DNA from: Octopus sinensis
Taxonomy: Eukaryota
Direction of reading: 5' to 3'
Assembly (NCBI RefSeq): GCF_006345805.1
Contig: NC_043006.1
Coordinates: 104,966,001 to 105,030,000, forward strand
DNA: 64,000 nucleotides
The first letter of the stretch is position 1, and each line of letters opens with the position of its first letter. Made by a program: the position numbers and the translations under genes. This document shows, in pieces, positions 38,371 through 50,724 of this stretch. The notes beneath the pieces are model-generated. The model ran no database searches. It was not told the DNA's origin and saw only the letters and a program-made list of their open reading frames with translations.

Positions 38371-39001
38371 TTATTATCGCCTACAAGACACATATATATA
38401 TATATACACATACAAACACACATCCTTGACTCGTACAAACACACATCCTTGACTCGTACATGCACATATTTTTTTTTCTAAAAGGCGGGCTTCATTAAAA
38501 GAGATTACGAAAAGCAGATATTGTTTAACTAGTTTACGTTCTCACTTTTACCGAACTGAATGCTTTTCAGTGTATTTACTATTTTGCTTATTTTCATTCT
38601 TTTTTTTTAGTTCATATCACAAACTCTCCACGACATAACTAACGATCATATACCTCATATACATGTATCGTCTTGCGTATTTTCAAGACCAATTTCAAAA
38701 CAGTGGACTGGCAGGATATCTGAAGCGTTGGTAGAATAAATTTTAGGTATTTTCCCTACTCTTTACGCTCTGCTTTAAATAGAAAAAACGTCAACCGTTA
38801 TAAATTTTCCTTCTGATATCAATTTTCCGTTGATATAAATTTGGACTCGAGATAACATTGTAGCTGTTAGGTATTTGTTTTTATTCTATCGGTGAATCAC
38901 TCTGCCTTCAAAATTGCTTGCCTTGCACAGAAATGAGGAGCAATTGTTGGGGGCAATATATTTTCTGTATTCGCTTCTTAACAGCGGTTTCGAAATTCAA
39001 A
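38371..39001. repeat. Local duplication of about 600 bp, copy 2
   Basis: As above, plus an internal 22-bp repeat of ACAAACACACATCCTTGACTCG. Confidence 0.92.
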
Positions 39002-39122
39002 TTTCTTGTTCTCACACTTTCCTGTTGCGATTGGGAAAGGTATGAGAATATTTATTATGTTTATTCTCACCTGTGAAACACTGGTTTCATATTACGGAAT
39101 GGAATCGGAAAGGAAATCTAAC

Positions 39123-39241
39123 CTCACTCCATCGATTCCATATTTTGTAACATATAGCAGAGATTCTATATGCACACCGAAACCGTACTGTTTCAGTAAC
39201 TTGGTTTCCTTGAAGAGAAATATGGTCTTTAGAAATTGAAG
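39123..39241 (-). CDS. Candidate internal exon (SISKDHISLQGNQVTETVRFRCAYRISAICYKIWNRWSE)
   Basis: ATATCAG acceptor, GAG|GTTAG donor, 119 nt open (phase 1 to 0), Cys/Trp pattern. Confidence 0.33.
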
Positions 39242-39891
39242 CTGATATAGATAGATATAAAATTTAGACATATTTAAGAAAATAAAGTGAGTTCTTTTAA
39301 GAAGCTATTGAAATCTAAATGGGGATATATAAATAAAATAGAATGGAATATAAACCTGGCAGGAACAAGTAAACAAAATCATGTTCGAGAATGGAACCAC
39401 GCATCTGCTATATACTGCACTGCCATGAGGTAAACGCTAGACATGTAGTTCCATTCCCGTTAGTAAATCTGTCTGATTTTTTTTTTCCGTTTTGATAGTA
39501 TTTGTACCCGTTATAATATAAATTACTATTTATAGTTTTATTTACGTTTGAGCAACTATTTAAACGGACTTATTTTTAAACTTCTCAATACTTCAAACGA
39601 ATCAAAACATAGTATTTAATGTTAGGTGAAAGACATCAAAGTGTAACTAAGTTCACAAGAGACACTGCTGTGAAGCGATTTCAATGAGCAATTGTTAAAT
39701 CTTCTACACGTAACTCTTAATTAAACTTATTCTTATTACAATATGGACAAGCTATCTGTAAACTTAACTTTATTCATCATAAAAAGCGAACATTTCCCGT
39801 TTGATATCGATTTTGATAGAACAAATTTGTAAGGAAAGATACTATAATGTACAGAACAAATACATTTATATTATTACTGGTGATCATAAGT

Positions 39892-40085
39892 CAGTGAGCT
39901 GAGAGATTTGTTAGGACGCCGGACGAAAGGTTTAGCAGCATTTTGTCCGCCTTTATGTTCTTACTTCGAATTTTGCCGAGGTTAACCTTACCTTTCATCC
40001 ATTCGAGTTCGATGAAATATGTATCACTTAAGCACTGGGATCGATGTAATCGAATAGTCCCATCCCCAAATTTCAGGGCTTCTAC
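39892..40085 (+). mobile_element. SINE family B, decayed
   Basis: GTTAGGACGCCGGACGAAA...GCACTGGGATCGATGTAATCGA. Confidence 0.7.
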
Positions 40086-40091
40086 ATATTG

Positions 40092-40338
40092 TAGGAGTGT
40101 GTCTTGGTGGTTAGAGAGTAGAGCTAATAATCATGAGGTAGAAAGTTTGATTCCCGGATCAAGATGTGTCGGTTTTTGTCTTTCCTTCGGATAGCATCGA
40201 TGGCGCCAAGAGGGGAGACAGGTATGCATGGGTGACTGCTGATCTTTAATAAACAACCTTGTTCGGCCTTGTGCCTCGGAGAGTAACATTCTAGGTTCAA
40301 TCCCAGGGTCGTTAATGACCGATCAGAGGTATTTACCC
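40092..40338 (+). mobile_element. SINE family C, core deleted
   Basis: tRNA-like head GGTGGTTAGAG...GTTTGATTCCCGG joined directly to the C tail. Confidence 0.7.
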
Positions 40339-40677
40339 TCTACCAATTACCCTTGTACATGTTTGCAAAAAGAAATATTATTGCTGATCATATGGCAAAC
40401 AACTGACAGAACCGCAGATGGTCTGAAAAAACATTTTGCTTTTTATCAATCGTCTTTTTCATTCCCAGTCCAATTCCCTTAACAGTAAACTTTGAATTCT
40501 ATTCTTTCGGGGGTCGATGAAATAGAATGGCAGTGATGTAATTAACAAAGCCTTTCTCCTCAAAGCCTTTCTCCTTGGGCCTAAATAAAAAAATAATTGC
40601 TACTGGTCCTCATCTTGACAACTCCAGAAAAATACTTGGTAAAAACGTAGGATGATCTACGCATATTATTTTGTTAT

Positions 40678-40960
40678 TTGTTCCTTCTCGAGCCATGCCT
40701 GGCTCATAAGGGCCGGTTTCCCGGTTTCTTGGCGTATAGGTTCCCCACCTGGACGGGATGCCGGTCCGTCGCAGGTGAGCTGCAAGAGGAAAGAGTGAGA
40801 GAAAGTTGTGGCGAAAGAGTCAGCAGTAGTTTCGCCATTACCTTCTGCCGGAGCCGCGTGGAGCTTAGGTGTTTCGCTCATAAACACACACATCGTCCGG
40901 TCTGATATTCGAACCCGAGATCCCTCGACCGCGAGTCCGCTGCTCTAACCACGAGGCCAT
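40678..40960 (-). mobile_element. tRNA-derived SINE family D
   Basis: Minus strand TGGCCTCGTGGTTAGAGCAGCGGACTCGCGG...GGGTTCGAAT head; D module; tail shared with 20289-20390. Confidence 0.85.
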
Positions 40961-41816
40961 GTGCCTCCACACGCATATTATTCATACATATGCATACACA
41001 TACACACACCCACATGCATACATACGTACATATATATAATTTCCTTTCTCTTTCTCTCTTTCTTTCTCTATCTCTAGCTGTCTGCCTTTCTCTGTTACCC
41101 TCATTCCACGATCACGTGGCCCGCGACTGCCTAAGGCAGTACCATTCTTTTTCGTCTTGCTTTCGACCGGACTGGTAACGATTTTCCGAGCCCCGAGCTC
41201 GACCCCTCCCCCGTTTATAGTCCATTAGGACAGATTTCCATTTCTCCTTCACGTTACCCATTTTGTCTTGCCTTGCGGTCCTCAGGCTTTTTTGTTATAT
41301 ATGTAATATTATCATTTAAATAGTTGCCTTCGTGTGGCCCTAGACCTTTATTCCTTTTCTTGTTTTTCCCTCGTCCATCCACTAACGTTCTCATCTCGAG
41401 CCCGTCTAATTTTGTTATGTTTAGGTACAAATTCCCGGCAAAATGTTTGTCGGTGGCTCCAGTGACAAAACAATATTATCGATAATGGCCGAAATTTCTC
41501 TCGATGCACAGGCCTATAACTGAAGAGGTGTTGGGGACCTGTGTTATCCGTTCGTCTGTGTATTTGATAATGTTCGTGTGTTTTTTACACAAAATATAGA
41601 GGTTTAGTTCACAGGTGATCTAAACGACTAGGTACGCTAGGTAAGCGTTGTAATGCATTACGAAAGTTCCAAGGTTATAGCCGAGACGGTAGTTACGGAG
41701 CCATTGTAGATTTCCTATATAGCGCATATATAATTGTTAAAGAGGACAACAAACGTTAAAGCAAGACAAACATTTCAACTCATATACATTATTATTATTA
41801 TTGGGAAAAATTCAAC

Positions 41817-42420
41817 GTCTTGCAGCTTTTTCTGAGATATCACAAAGTATGGGATATTCCATCATCGGAAACAACTTGGGAAAATGAGAAGGGTATCGAC
41901 ATAGGGGACAGGAAGAAATGAAGAAAGAGAAGAAAAAAGAGGGCATAAGAGTTCATAGTTCAACTTTCCGATCGTTTAGAGGTAAGTCCGTAAGGGCTTA
42001 GGTATAATCCCGTATAGGTCCATATAGGTTAAAGTCCGGATGTTGTCAATATCCAGAAATAGAAGCGAGCATACGAAGGATAAATAACAGAATGGTAGCG
42101 GAGGTGGTAATTAAGTGGTAAAAAGTGTGACAAATATAGAGATATAAAGAACGGTAGAATGAGGAGGGAAATTAAGGAGTGACATTAAGGATAACATATG
42201 GTATGCAAAGATACAATGTCTAAGAATATACTGTACAAGAAAAACCAAGAAGATTAATAGATAAATAAATATATGAGAGTAAGTAAGGAGAGAGGAGGAG
42301 GAGGTGAGAAAGGAAGATAGCATAAAAAACAAAAATAAAGTAAAATGAAAGGTAAGGTTGATATAAGAGATATAGAAGTGTATCTGTTAACGATACACCG
42401 GTTTGTTGTTCCCCCACCTG
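41817..42420 (-). mobile_element. Probable decayed PLE 3' end with HHR-like motif at 41817-41872
   Basis: Minus strand GUUU CCGAUGA UGGAAUAUC-loop-GAUAUCUCA GAAA AAGCUG CA AGAC; pyrimidine-rich tract like 8730-9500. Confidence 0.45.
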
Positions 42421-42499
42421 TCTTCGTCTCTTGTTTTCTGAAACTTTGAATTATATATATATATATATATATAATATGTATATAAAATACATAGATATG

Positions 42500-42552
<53 letters not shown>

Positions 42553-42554
42553 CA

Positions 42555-42716
42555 CGACGGTCTTCTTTCAGCTTCCGTCTACCAAATCCTCTCACAAAGC
42601 TTTAATCGGCCCGAGGCTATAGTAGAAGACACTTGCCCAAGGTGACACGCAGTGGGATCGAACCTGGAAACATTTGGTTCGTAATCAAGCTACTTTCCAC
42701 ACAATCACTCCTTACG

Positions 42717-42720
<4 letters not shown>
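42555..42720 (-). mobile_element. SINE family A
   Basis: Reverse-complement match to 761-918. Confidence 0.85.
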
Positions 42721-42754
<34 letters not shown>

Positions 42755-43698
42755 CGTGTGTGTGTGTGTATGTATCTATATATATATATATATATTATAT
42801 ATATTATATATATATATATATTTCATATACATTGCATATATATTTTGATTTATCATAGATTTATCAAATGCTACGTACCTCAAACCTTCTGACCATGCGA
42901 CATCAAAATATTTGAAGAAAGTGAGCAAAAGCTAAACCTACATAGACGTTTGAATTCATAAATCTTCCCTCCAAAATTTTGCCATGCGCATTACAAAAAT
43001 AGTTCCATAAGATGGGGAACAATTAGGTTGTCAAACCCTGTGTTGTAAAGTTACATTTTATGATGCATCCTTCCCCATTGTTCCTTTCTTCGTCCACGTC
43101 TATGACAGAAATTACACACTATTCTGAACATATGCTATTGTTCTAGAACATTGTGGTCGTGATGTATTGGCGGAAACCTCTCCTTCGACTATGACTGGTA
43201 TTGCCGTATTGTTTTGATGCCTTTTGGCATTTCCACGCAAATGCTCGGATGGAAGTTATCATCAACTGCCTCTCTAGTCAAAGTTTCAATGTAGCTTTAG
43301 TCAGGTAGTGACCTAATTCAATAAGCTGATATTTATATTGAGGTCTCTAATTGAAAGGAATAGGGTTAGGATGAAGGAACTAAAATGACTGTTAAGGAAA
43401 TTGAATTATTATCTAGGTAACTGTATCATTTTGTAAGAACGAAAGATACTTAAACAATTAATCATATTTAATGAAACAATGAACTAATGAGGAGGTGTAG
43501 CATAGAAGGAACAACGTTCATTAAAAGATGTCGATGATGTGCTACCGGGTTCAAATATGAAACATTATTGCTTCCCATTTTGAGAACGTAGATCCATAGT
43601 CTTCAGAGTTACCACACACTGATATGTGCGAGATGGAGTCCATTTGATCACTCATAATTCATAGGTACAATGGTCACAGTCATAAAACATATAATTAC

Positions 43699-43798
43699 CA
43701 TTTATTATGTTTTTTTTTAGATATATAATCCAAAGAGTGTTTGGTGGAGCAGCAAGAATTACCAAAACACAAATCAAACAAAAGCTCATGAAATCCAT
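43699..43798 (-). CDS. Candidate first coding exon with hydrophobic signal/anchor (MDFMSFCLICVLVILAAPPNTLWIIYLKKNIIN)
   Basis: ATG start, hydrophobic stretch, G|GTAATT donor in phase 1, matching the 39241 acceptor. Confidence 0.25.
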
Positions 43799-44579
43799 TA
43801 AACCCTTTTTGTTGTTGATTAATTCCAATTCATTTCTAGATATGCCCACCACATCTTAATTTCATATTCAGTACATGTAAGACAGTACTATTAAAAATCT
43901 ACTTCCATGCTTAAGATGATAAGAAATAATTCAAAGAAACTCGTTAATAATGTTAAATACGTAAACTTATTGATTTTATATGTAAAGTTAAAATTCCAAA
44001 TTTGCTTTTTTCCTTTCTCAGAACTGACTTCACATGCTCATAGCCTGTTTATATTGCTGTTAGTATTGCTGACATTTTTGTTTATAGTTTAGCTGCTTTT
44101 GTTTGTAGTGTAGTTTGTTTTGGTTTATAACATAAATATAATTTTATACATGTGTTTTAAAATATTTTTAGACTTTTGGAAGTTGCAAAAGAAAGATTAT
44201 ACAATGTGCAGGAACGAGATACGCCTGCTATTTATTCATTTAGTGCTTTCTATCCAAAAGAAAAAAACAGATTACACTGCTTATCTTAGACTTAACCTAA
44301 GCTGTGCAGAGAAATAAGATGTACGCTGATACAAATGAAGCGTTTTTCTTATCCATTAATTAATTTCTAAGTGGGTAAATGAAAGATAATTTATTTTCAG
44401 ATGTTCTCGAAACTGTATAGATAGATATTGATTTATATGTATGAAGAGTGGATTCATAACAGCTTAGAAAATTGAGATTCACGCGTAGGTAGACACGTTG
44501 ATACACACACACACACACACAAACACACATGCAGGCACACACACACACAAACAAATATATACATACATATATATATATA

Positions 44580-44630
<51 letters not shown>

Positions 44631-44966
44631 ATATATATATACACACACACATATGTTTGTATATATATATATATAGAGAGAGAGAGAGGCACGCACATAT
44701 ACATGAGAGTGTATAAGTGTGTTCAAGTATGTGTGTATGTGTGTGTGTGTTTGTGTGTGTGTAGAAAATGTGTGTTTTTATTTCACAACATTTAAGTACC
44801 CACTCATATCCGCACACCCGCCCACACACATACATATACACATACATGCACGCACACACCTAAAACATGAATATATATATGTATGTGTGTGTGTGTTTGT
44901 ATATTTCTACACATGAAGATAACTGCTTGTTTATTCATTTTACACAATATCTAGTATATATATACG

Positions 44967-45033
<67 letters not shown>

Positions 45034-45075
45034 ATATATATATACGTATATATATATATATATATATATATATAC

Positions 45076-45139
<64 letters not shown>

Positions 45140-45712
45140 GCATACATACATTCATGCATACCTATTTGCATAAGTTCATATAAACATATGTTTACATACA
45201 TCTATTCATACATACATCCATCCATACACTCATAGACATGTACCCATTTACGAAGTATTTTTCACATCTCATTACTTTCTCAATATGTTTATCAAAGGTA
45301 AAAATGTCTATTGATTCTTTACACGTTGCAGTGTTTATATCAGATTAACGATAACATTAACACTGTTTTAATTCAATAGAATGGAATGCATACTATATTC
45401 CAAGAGATGGTGTTGGGAAACAAATGTCTATTTTACAAAGTTGCGCAACGTAAACAAAATATGAATTATACAAGAAAAATATTTTTCGAAACTGAATGTT
45501 GAAATTGTCTTGGAGCAATATTTTGTATTTTTTTGATCATATTTGAAACCAGTTATATCTACATTTAAATATGTGTGAATGTTTTATGTTATGTAATATG
45601 TTCCTGGGTGTTAAATGTAATTAATGAAAAATTCGATGATGTGTCGTTCCTGCTTTTGCGAATCCTAATAATATGAATAATAATGATGATGGTGATATTA
45701 ATAATAATGCTG

Positions 45713-45913
45713 TCTTCTATAGGCACAAGGCTTGGAATTTGCGGTAGTTTTGGAATTTGCATCGATCCTAGTGTTCGACTTATTTCGTCAAACTGAAGGG
45801 GATAAAAAGCGAAACCGACCTCGACGTAATTTGATCTCAAGACGTGAATCCGGATGAAATGTCATTAAGCATTTTTTTCGGCGTATTAACAATTCTTGGA
45901 GCTCACCGGCTTA
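45713..45913 (-). mobile_element. SINE family B, decayed
   Basis: Reverse complement of the B head and body. Confidence 0.65.
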
Positions 45914-45924
45914 AGGATGCTATT

Positions 45925-46240
45925 CCAACTTGTTGTCTCTTGAGGGTGAGACTTGGAGCCAGCTTGGTGCAAATGTAAAACAGAAGTCAAACATAGAATA
46001 ATAATAATAATAACTTATAACAATAATAATAATAATAATAATAACTTATAACAATAATGAGATCACCAAGATGTGGCAGTTGCGAACGTCAAACAATGTT
46101 TGTTTCTGTTGTCATCTTAGCATCAAATTCATCGCCACTCGACCAGAAGAAACATCTGGACTCTTTAGAAATTCCCTACAATCCTGATACGTTGCAAAAT
46201 CGGCTTTGCTTTACTGCATAAAGTACTGTCAGTCTGAGTT
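45925..46240 (+). mobile_element. Short R4/Dong-like fragments around a (TAA)n tract
   Basis: GGGTGAGACTTGGAGCC...AAACATAGAA (family D 3' end), then TAA repeats, then EITKMWQLR-coding sequence. Confidence 0.65.
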
Positions 46241-46336
46241 CTTTGTTAGTTAGTTAGTTAGTTAGTTAGTTAATTTGGCTCAAAAGCAAATAGCAAGGCC
46301 ATGTAGGGGGACATGGAGTTAAGTACAGGGTGGTGT

Positions 46337-49224
46337 TCATGTAAAGAGTTCAGGCCACTTGAGGTCCAGGGAGGCTTTGAACAAAGCGGTCGTCGGCATC
46401 TTCACCATCTCATCTGGCAGCTTGTTCCACGGATCCGCAACCCGGACGGAGAAAGCTCCTCTCCTTCGATTGAGATGAAATCGTCGCAGGTAGAGCTTTT
46501 CGGAATGACCCCGCAGCCGACGCTCCGGAGCAGGAGTGAAGAACAGCTCTTTCGAGAGGTTACACTTCCCGCTTATGATGTTGTGGGCGAGAATGAGATC
46601 ACCACGGCGGCAGCGTTTTTCAAGAGAATAAAGGTCGAGCGTCCTCAGCCTTTCTTCGTAGGACAAATTTTTGAGACCATGAACCAGGCGGGTAGCCAGC
46701 CTCTGGACTCTTTCGAGGTGCTGTATGTCTTTGAGGAGATAAGGAGAAGAGGCTTGAATCCCATACTCCAAAATGGGTCTCACCAGCGTGACATAGAGTG
46801 GCAGGAATATGGCTGCTGTGAGCACTCCGAATGACCGTCGAATCAAAAACAGAATTCCGCGCGCTTTGTTGGCATCATGGACGCACTGGGCCGAAGGCGA
46901 AAAGGAGGTATCCACCAAAATACCCAGGTCCTTTACCTGATCGGTCCTCTCCAGCAGCAGACGACCCGGCTCGAAATCAAGTTGAGTTGTAGGAGTAGAG
47001 CCGACAGGCAGATGACAGCATTTTGACACGTTCAGACACAGGTCCCAATCGTTAGACCACTTCCAAATTTGGTGGAGGCATCGACGAAGATCCTCTATAC
47101 TACCGCGAGGAGCGACCAGTTTGATATCGTCGGCAAATAGAAGGGTGTGTTGCGTGAGGTCGTCGGGCAAGTCATTTATGAAGACTAAGAACAACAAGGG
47201 CCCAAGCACTGAACCTTGAGGCACGCCACTGCTCGCACTGGAGACGTCGGACCGCGAACCATTAACTTGAACTTGGAAGGAGCGATCTGAGAGGAAGGCA
47301 CCAACCCATCGTACAATATCCGGATGGAAACTATATGCTTGAAGCTTGACAAGTAGTAGGCGGTGGTTTACCGAGTCAAAAGCTTTGGCAAAGTCCAATA
47401 AAACGATGTCAACAGCATCACTATCATCGAGGATGCGCGTCACCAATTCTTCCATTACTAGTAAGTTGGTCAAGCATGATCTCTTCGGCACGAAGCCGTG
47501 TTGGGAATCAGTGATCGAGGCTGTGCTTAGGAGGTGGAGCATCATACTTTTCTTAAGGATGGTTTCGAACATCTTGCTGATTATTGATGTAAGGGAAACC
47601 GGTCGGTAGTTAAGCGGGTCTTCGCGGCTCCCTTTCTTGAAAATTGGGCAGATTATCGCTGTTCTCCAGTCTGCAGGTATAACACCCGTCGCCAATGACA
47701 TATTGAATAGTCGTGTTAAGGGCTCGCAGATGACCGGAGCCAACGCTTTGATAACCTGTGGGTGTATGCCGTCAGGGCCGTGACCCTTGTTGACATCGAG
47801 GCCTTGAATAACACGTTTGACTTGGTCCCGCGTGATGATCAATCGAAGCATTGGAGGTACCGATCTATCAAATGGAGGGGGTTCACGACCATCATCTTGT
47901 TTGAAAATAGTTGAAAAAGCCTCGGCAAATAATTGACTCTGTTGATAAGGGTCCTCAATCGATACGCCTGTTGAGTCTACCAATGTTACAATCTGGTTGT
48001 TCAAGCGGGAATTCCGCTGGACATGGGCAAAGAAGGTTTTTGGATTGCTACTGGCATTTGCCGCGATTTTGTATTCATAACTGAAGCGTTCTTTCTTTTC
48101 AATTTTCACGGCTCGGTCTCGTTGAGTTTTGTACACCTCAAAAGCTCCAGTCGAATCCAGATTTTTGAATTCAGCCCAAGCAATATCTCTGAGTCGACGT
48201 TCTCGTTTAACCTTCTTCGTCACCCAGGGCTTGTGTTTCTTCCTCTTGGGAAGTCCAACGGGAACTGCCTGGTCAGTCAAACAGATTATATATGCTTTGA
48301 GGGATGACCATAGTTCGTCAACTGAGGACAACGTCATCAGGGAACGCCAGTCCAGAAGCGCGGAAGCCTCGGTTAGAATTTCAAGATTAATTGCAGAGAA
48401 GACTCTACGTGGCAGCGAAGTAATCGTGGGCGTAGAAAAAGTTGTGTGCATGACGAACTTCAGGACCACATGATCACTCTTGGCAAGAGGGGCGCACACA
48501 GATACGTCTGACACTGATCTTGGATAGCGGGAGAATACCAGATCTAGCATAGATGGCTGCTGCCCAGACCGATGCCTTGTCGGATATTCAACATGTTGCG
48601 ATAGAAAACAATCTTCAGCCACGTCAAGAAGGGCCTGGCCGAACCGGGAAGATGTTGTACAAATTGATGCGGGCCAATCGATCATGGGAGCGTTGAAGTC
48701 GCCTAGTACCAAGCAGTCATGCGAAGCTGAAACGAATCTTATCGCCTCGAGTAGATGAGCATCGTCCTGGGGGTCGGCTAGAGGCGGCCTGTAGACAGCC
48801 AACACGGGCAGGCAAAACTCAGATAGGCTCAGCTTGCAATAGACGGCATCGAATTTGGTTGTAGGTTGAGCATTTGTGGGTAGAATACCGCAGGACGGTT
48901 TGTGCTCAGACTTAACATACACAGCAACACCTCCACCTCGCCTTTTTCCTCTGTCACATCTGAAAAGGACGTAGCCCTGCAGGTGGATCTCTGAGTCCTT
49001 TACTGCTGGATCAGCCAAGTCTCGGTGATAGCTATCACATCAGGGGAGTCGCGTAGGGCCAGTGTAAATAGTTCACTGAACTTTGGGAATAAGGAGCACG
49101 AGTTGGTGTAGACGATGCTGAGCTGTGAAGTCTGAGGGGCGGGAGTTGGGGAACAAGCAGAATAAATTGCATCAGAGATAGCATCGTTGACGGAGGTATC
49201 AACTTCACTTCGATTTGCCCTCAC
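46337..49224 (-). pseudogene. LINE ORF2: AP endonuclease and reverse transcriptase, one frameshift
   Basis: YTNSCSL, ITETWL (apparent 1-nt loss near 49012), then 893 open codons with GGGVAVY, YRPP, GDFN, LDLVF, SDH, GPDG, NYRPVSLTS, QHGF, DFAKAFDSV, GVPQGSVLGP, FADD. Confidence 0.95.
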
Positions 49225-50400
49225 ATCACTTTCCCTATCAGCACTACAGCATGGGACCAGAGGTAGGACTTGATTATCTGTCCATCTTGGATTCGTAAAC
49301 CCTTCTCTCCCATTTGTTTCCTCATCTTTAGCTCGGATATCAGGTTCCTCCGGCGAATTCTCTCTCTTAGTGAGTATTCCTCGCGAAAACCCATATTGGG
49401 GTCCTCCCAGGCATGCGTCTGAGCTCTGTTCAGGAAGACTGAAGCCTCCCGATCAGAAGAAAAGATTACCCTTATTGGCGTGGTCTAGTATCTGCGGTTG
49501 GGTTCGCTTGGAATCTTCCTAGCCGAGCGACCTAAGAACACTGACATTTTCGTTCACAGAGAACAATTTTCCAACCAAAATGGAAACAAAATTAATGTCA
49601 TCTTTTAGGCGGTTTATGCCTGTATCACAGGTGGATTCCGCTTTGCCATATATTATTGCCGATCTTGAGTGGGCAAAAAGTTCTCTACTATGGGCTGCGG
49701 TATTCGATTCTTCGTTGGAGGATTTCGAAAGAGTGGTTTCATAGCCGTCGGACTTATGTCGGCCTGTGGGGTCGATCGGAATGGATTTAGTGGTCATAAT
49801 TTTCCCGCCTGGTTTGGAACTGCACTGCCTCTTCTTCGGTTTGGGGGAGCACCACTCCCCAGATGAACCCACATCGAGATCGTTCAGAATTGGTTGAGCA
49901 ATGGCATTAATGGGAAGGACAAGTGAAGGAGAATCCAAACAGATTTTATCGTGATCAGGTTTCATAGCCAAATCTGCCCCTCTGGAGTTTTGACTACGTT
50001 TCTTCTTTTGGGGAGAACAACGGTCTTCAGGTGGGTTTGAGTCTACGCTCCTCGAACTAGGTTGGGGAACCTCCGGGACCGAAAAGGCAGATGAGGAAGA
50101 ATCCGCACAGGAACGATCATGTGCAGGAACGACCGCCGGTTCCTTCGCCTTCTTTGGTCGCTTCGATTTTGTTCCCTTCGGTTTGGACGAAATCAAGGGA
50201 AGAAATCAAGGGTGACTCTGCGTCAACAGGAGACCGTTTATCGTGGTCAGGTTTCATAGCTAAATCCGCCCCACTGGAGTTTTGACGACGTTTCTTCATT
50301 TGGGGAGAACAATGGTCTTCAGGTGGGTTTGAGTCTACGCTCCTCAAATTAGGTTGGGGAACCTCCGGGACCGAAAAGGCTTGACAGACAGTACAAACCC
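49221..50400 (-). pseudogene. LINE ORF1 (frameshifted, with internal repeat)
   Basis: AIIYGKAE...RLG...PRPIRVIF...GEKGLRIQDGQII reconstructed across 2 frameshifts; 144-bp direct repeat at 49945-50088 / 50237-50380. Confidence 0.8.
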
Positions 50401-50446
50401 CGGTACTCATAATATCTTCAATCTACAGCTTCACAATATATAATGT

Positions 50447-50724
50447 GACTCCCTAATAGATGCTGAGAGACAAGACATTGTTATGGTGGATAAAGAAAAA
50501 AGGAAACCTAGGGACCCACGCGTAGGTGACATGGAGCCAGAAAAGATGAAAAAATAGAAACTACTAAAATATGAAATTGCAAGACTGTGGGCAATGAGGA
50601 GAGTAGCTGTTATTCCCCTAACAACCAAGTCGGGGAAATTGGAATTGACATGAGGGTAGAACGGGCCCCCGAAACTGCTCTATAGGAGACAGCTAGCATT
50701 TTGAAATTGATGATTGGGTGTTAA
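50447..50724 (+). mobile_element. Decayed R4-like RLE fragment
   Basis: DIVMVDKEK..PRDPRV...KYEIARLWAMRRVAVIP...TASIL. Confidence 0.65.

Larger units (their letters stand above)
46245..50400 (-). mobile_element. Nearly full-length CR1-group LINE
   Basis: ORF1, APE-RT ORF2, short 3' UTR and (TAAC)n tail at 46245-46272; visibly more GC-rich than the flanks. Confidence 0.93.

Noticed and set aside
46223-50395. Inverted 12-mer (GTACTGTCAGTC / GACAGACAGTAC) at the two ends of the CR1 element
   Set aside because: Short, mismatched and not at the exact junctions; no direct TSD was identified either, so it was treated as coincidence.
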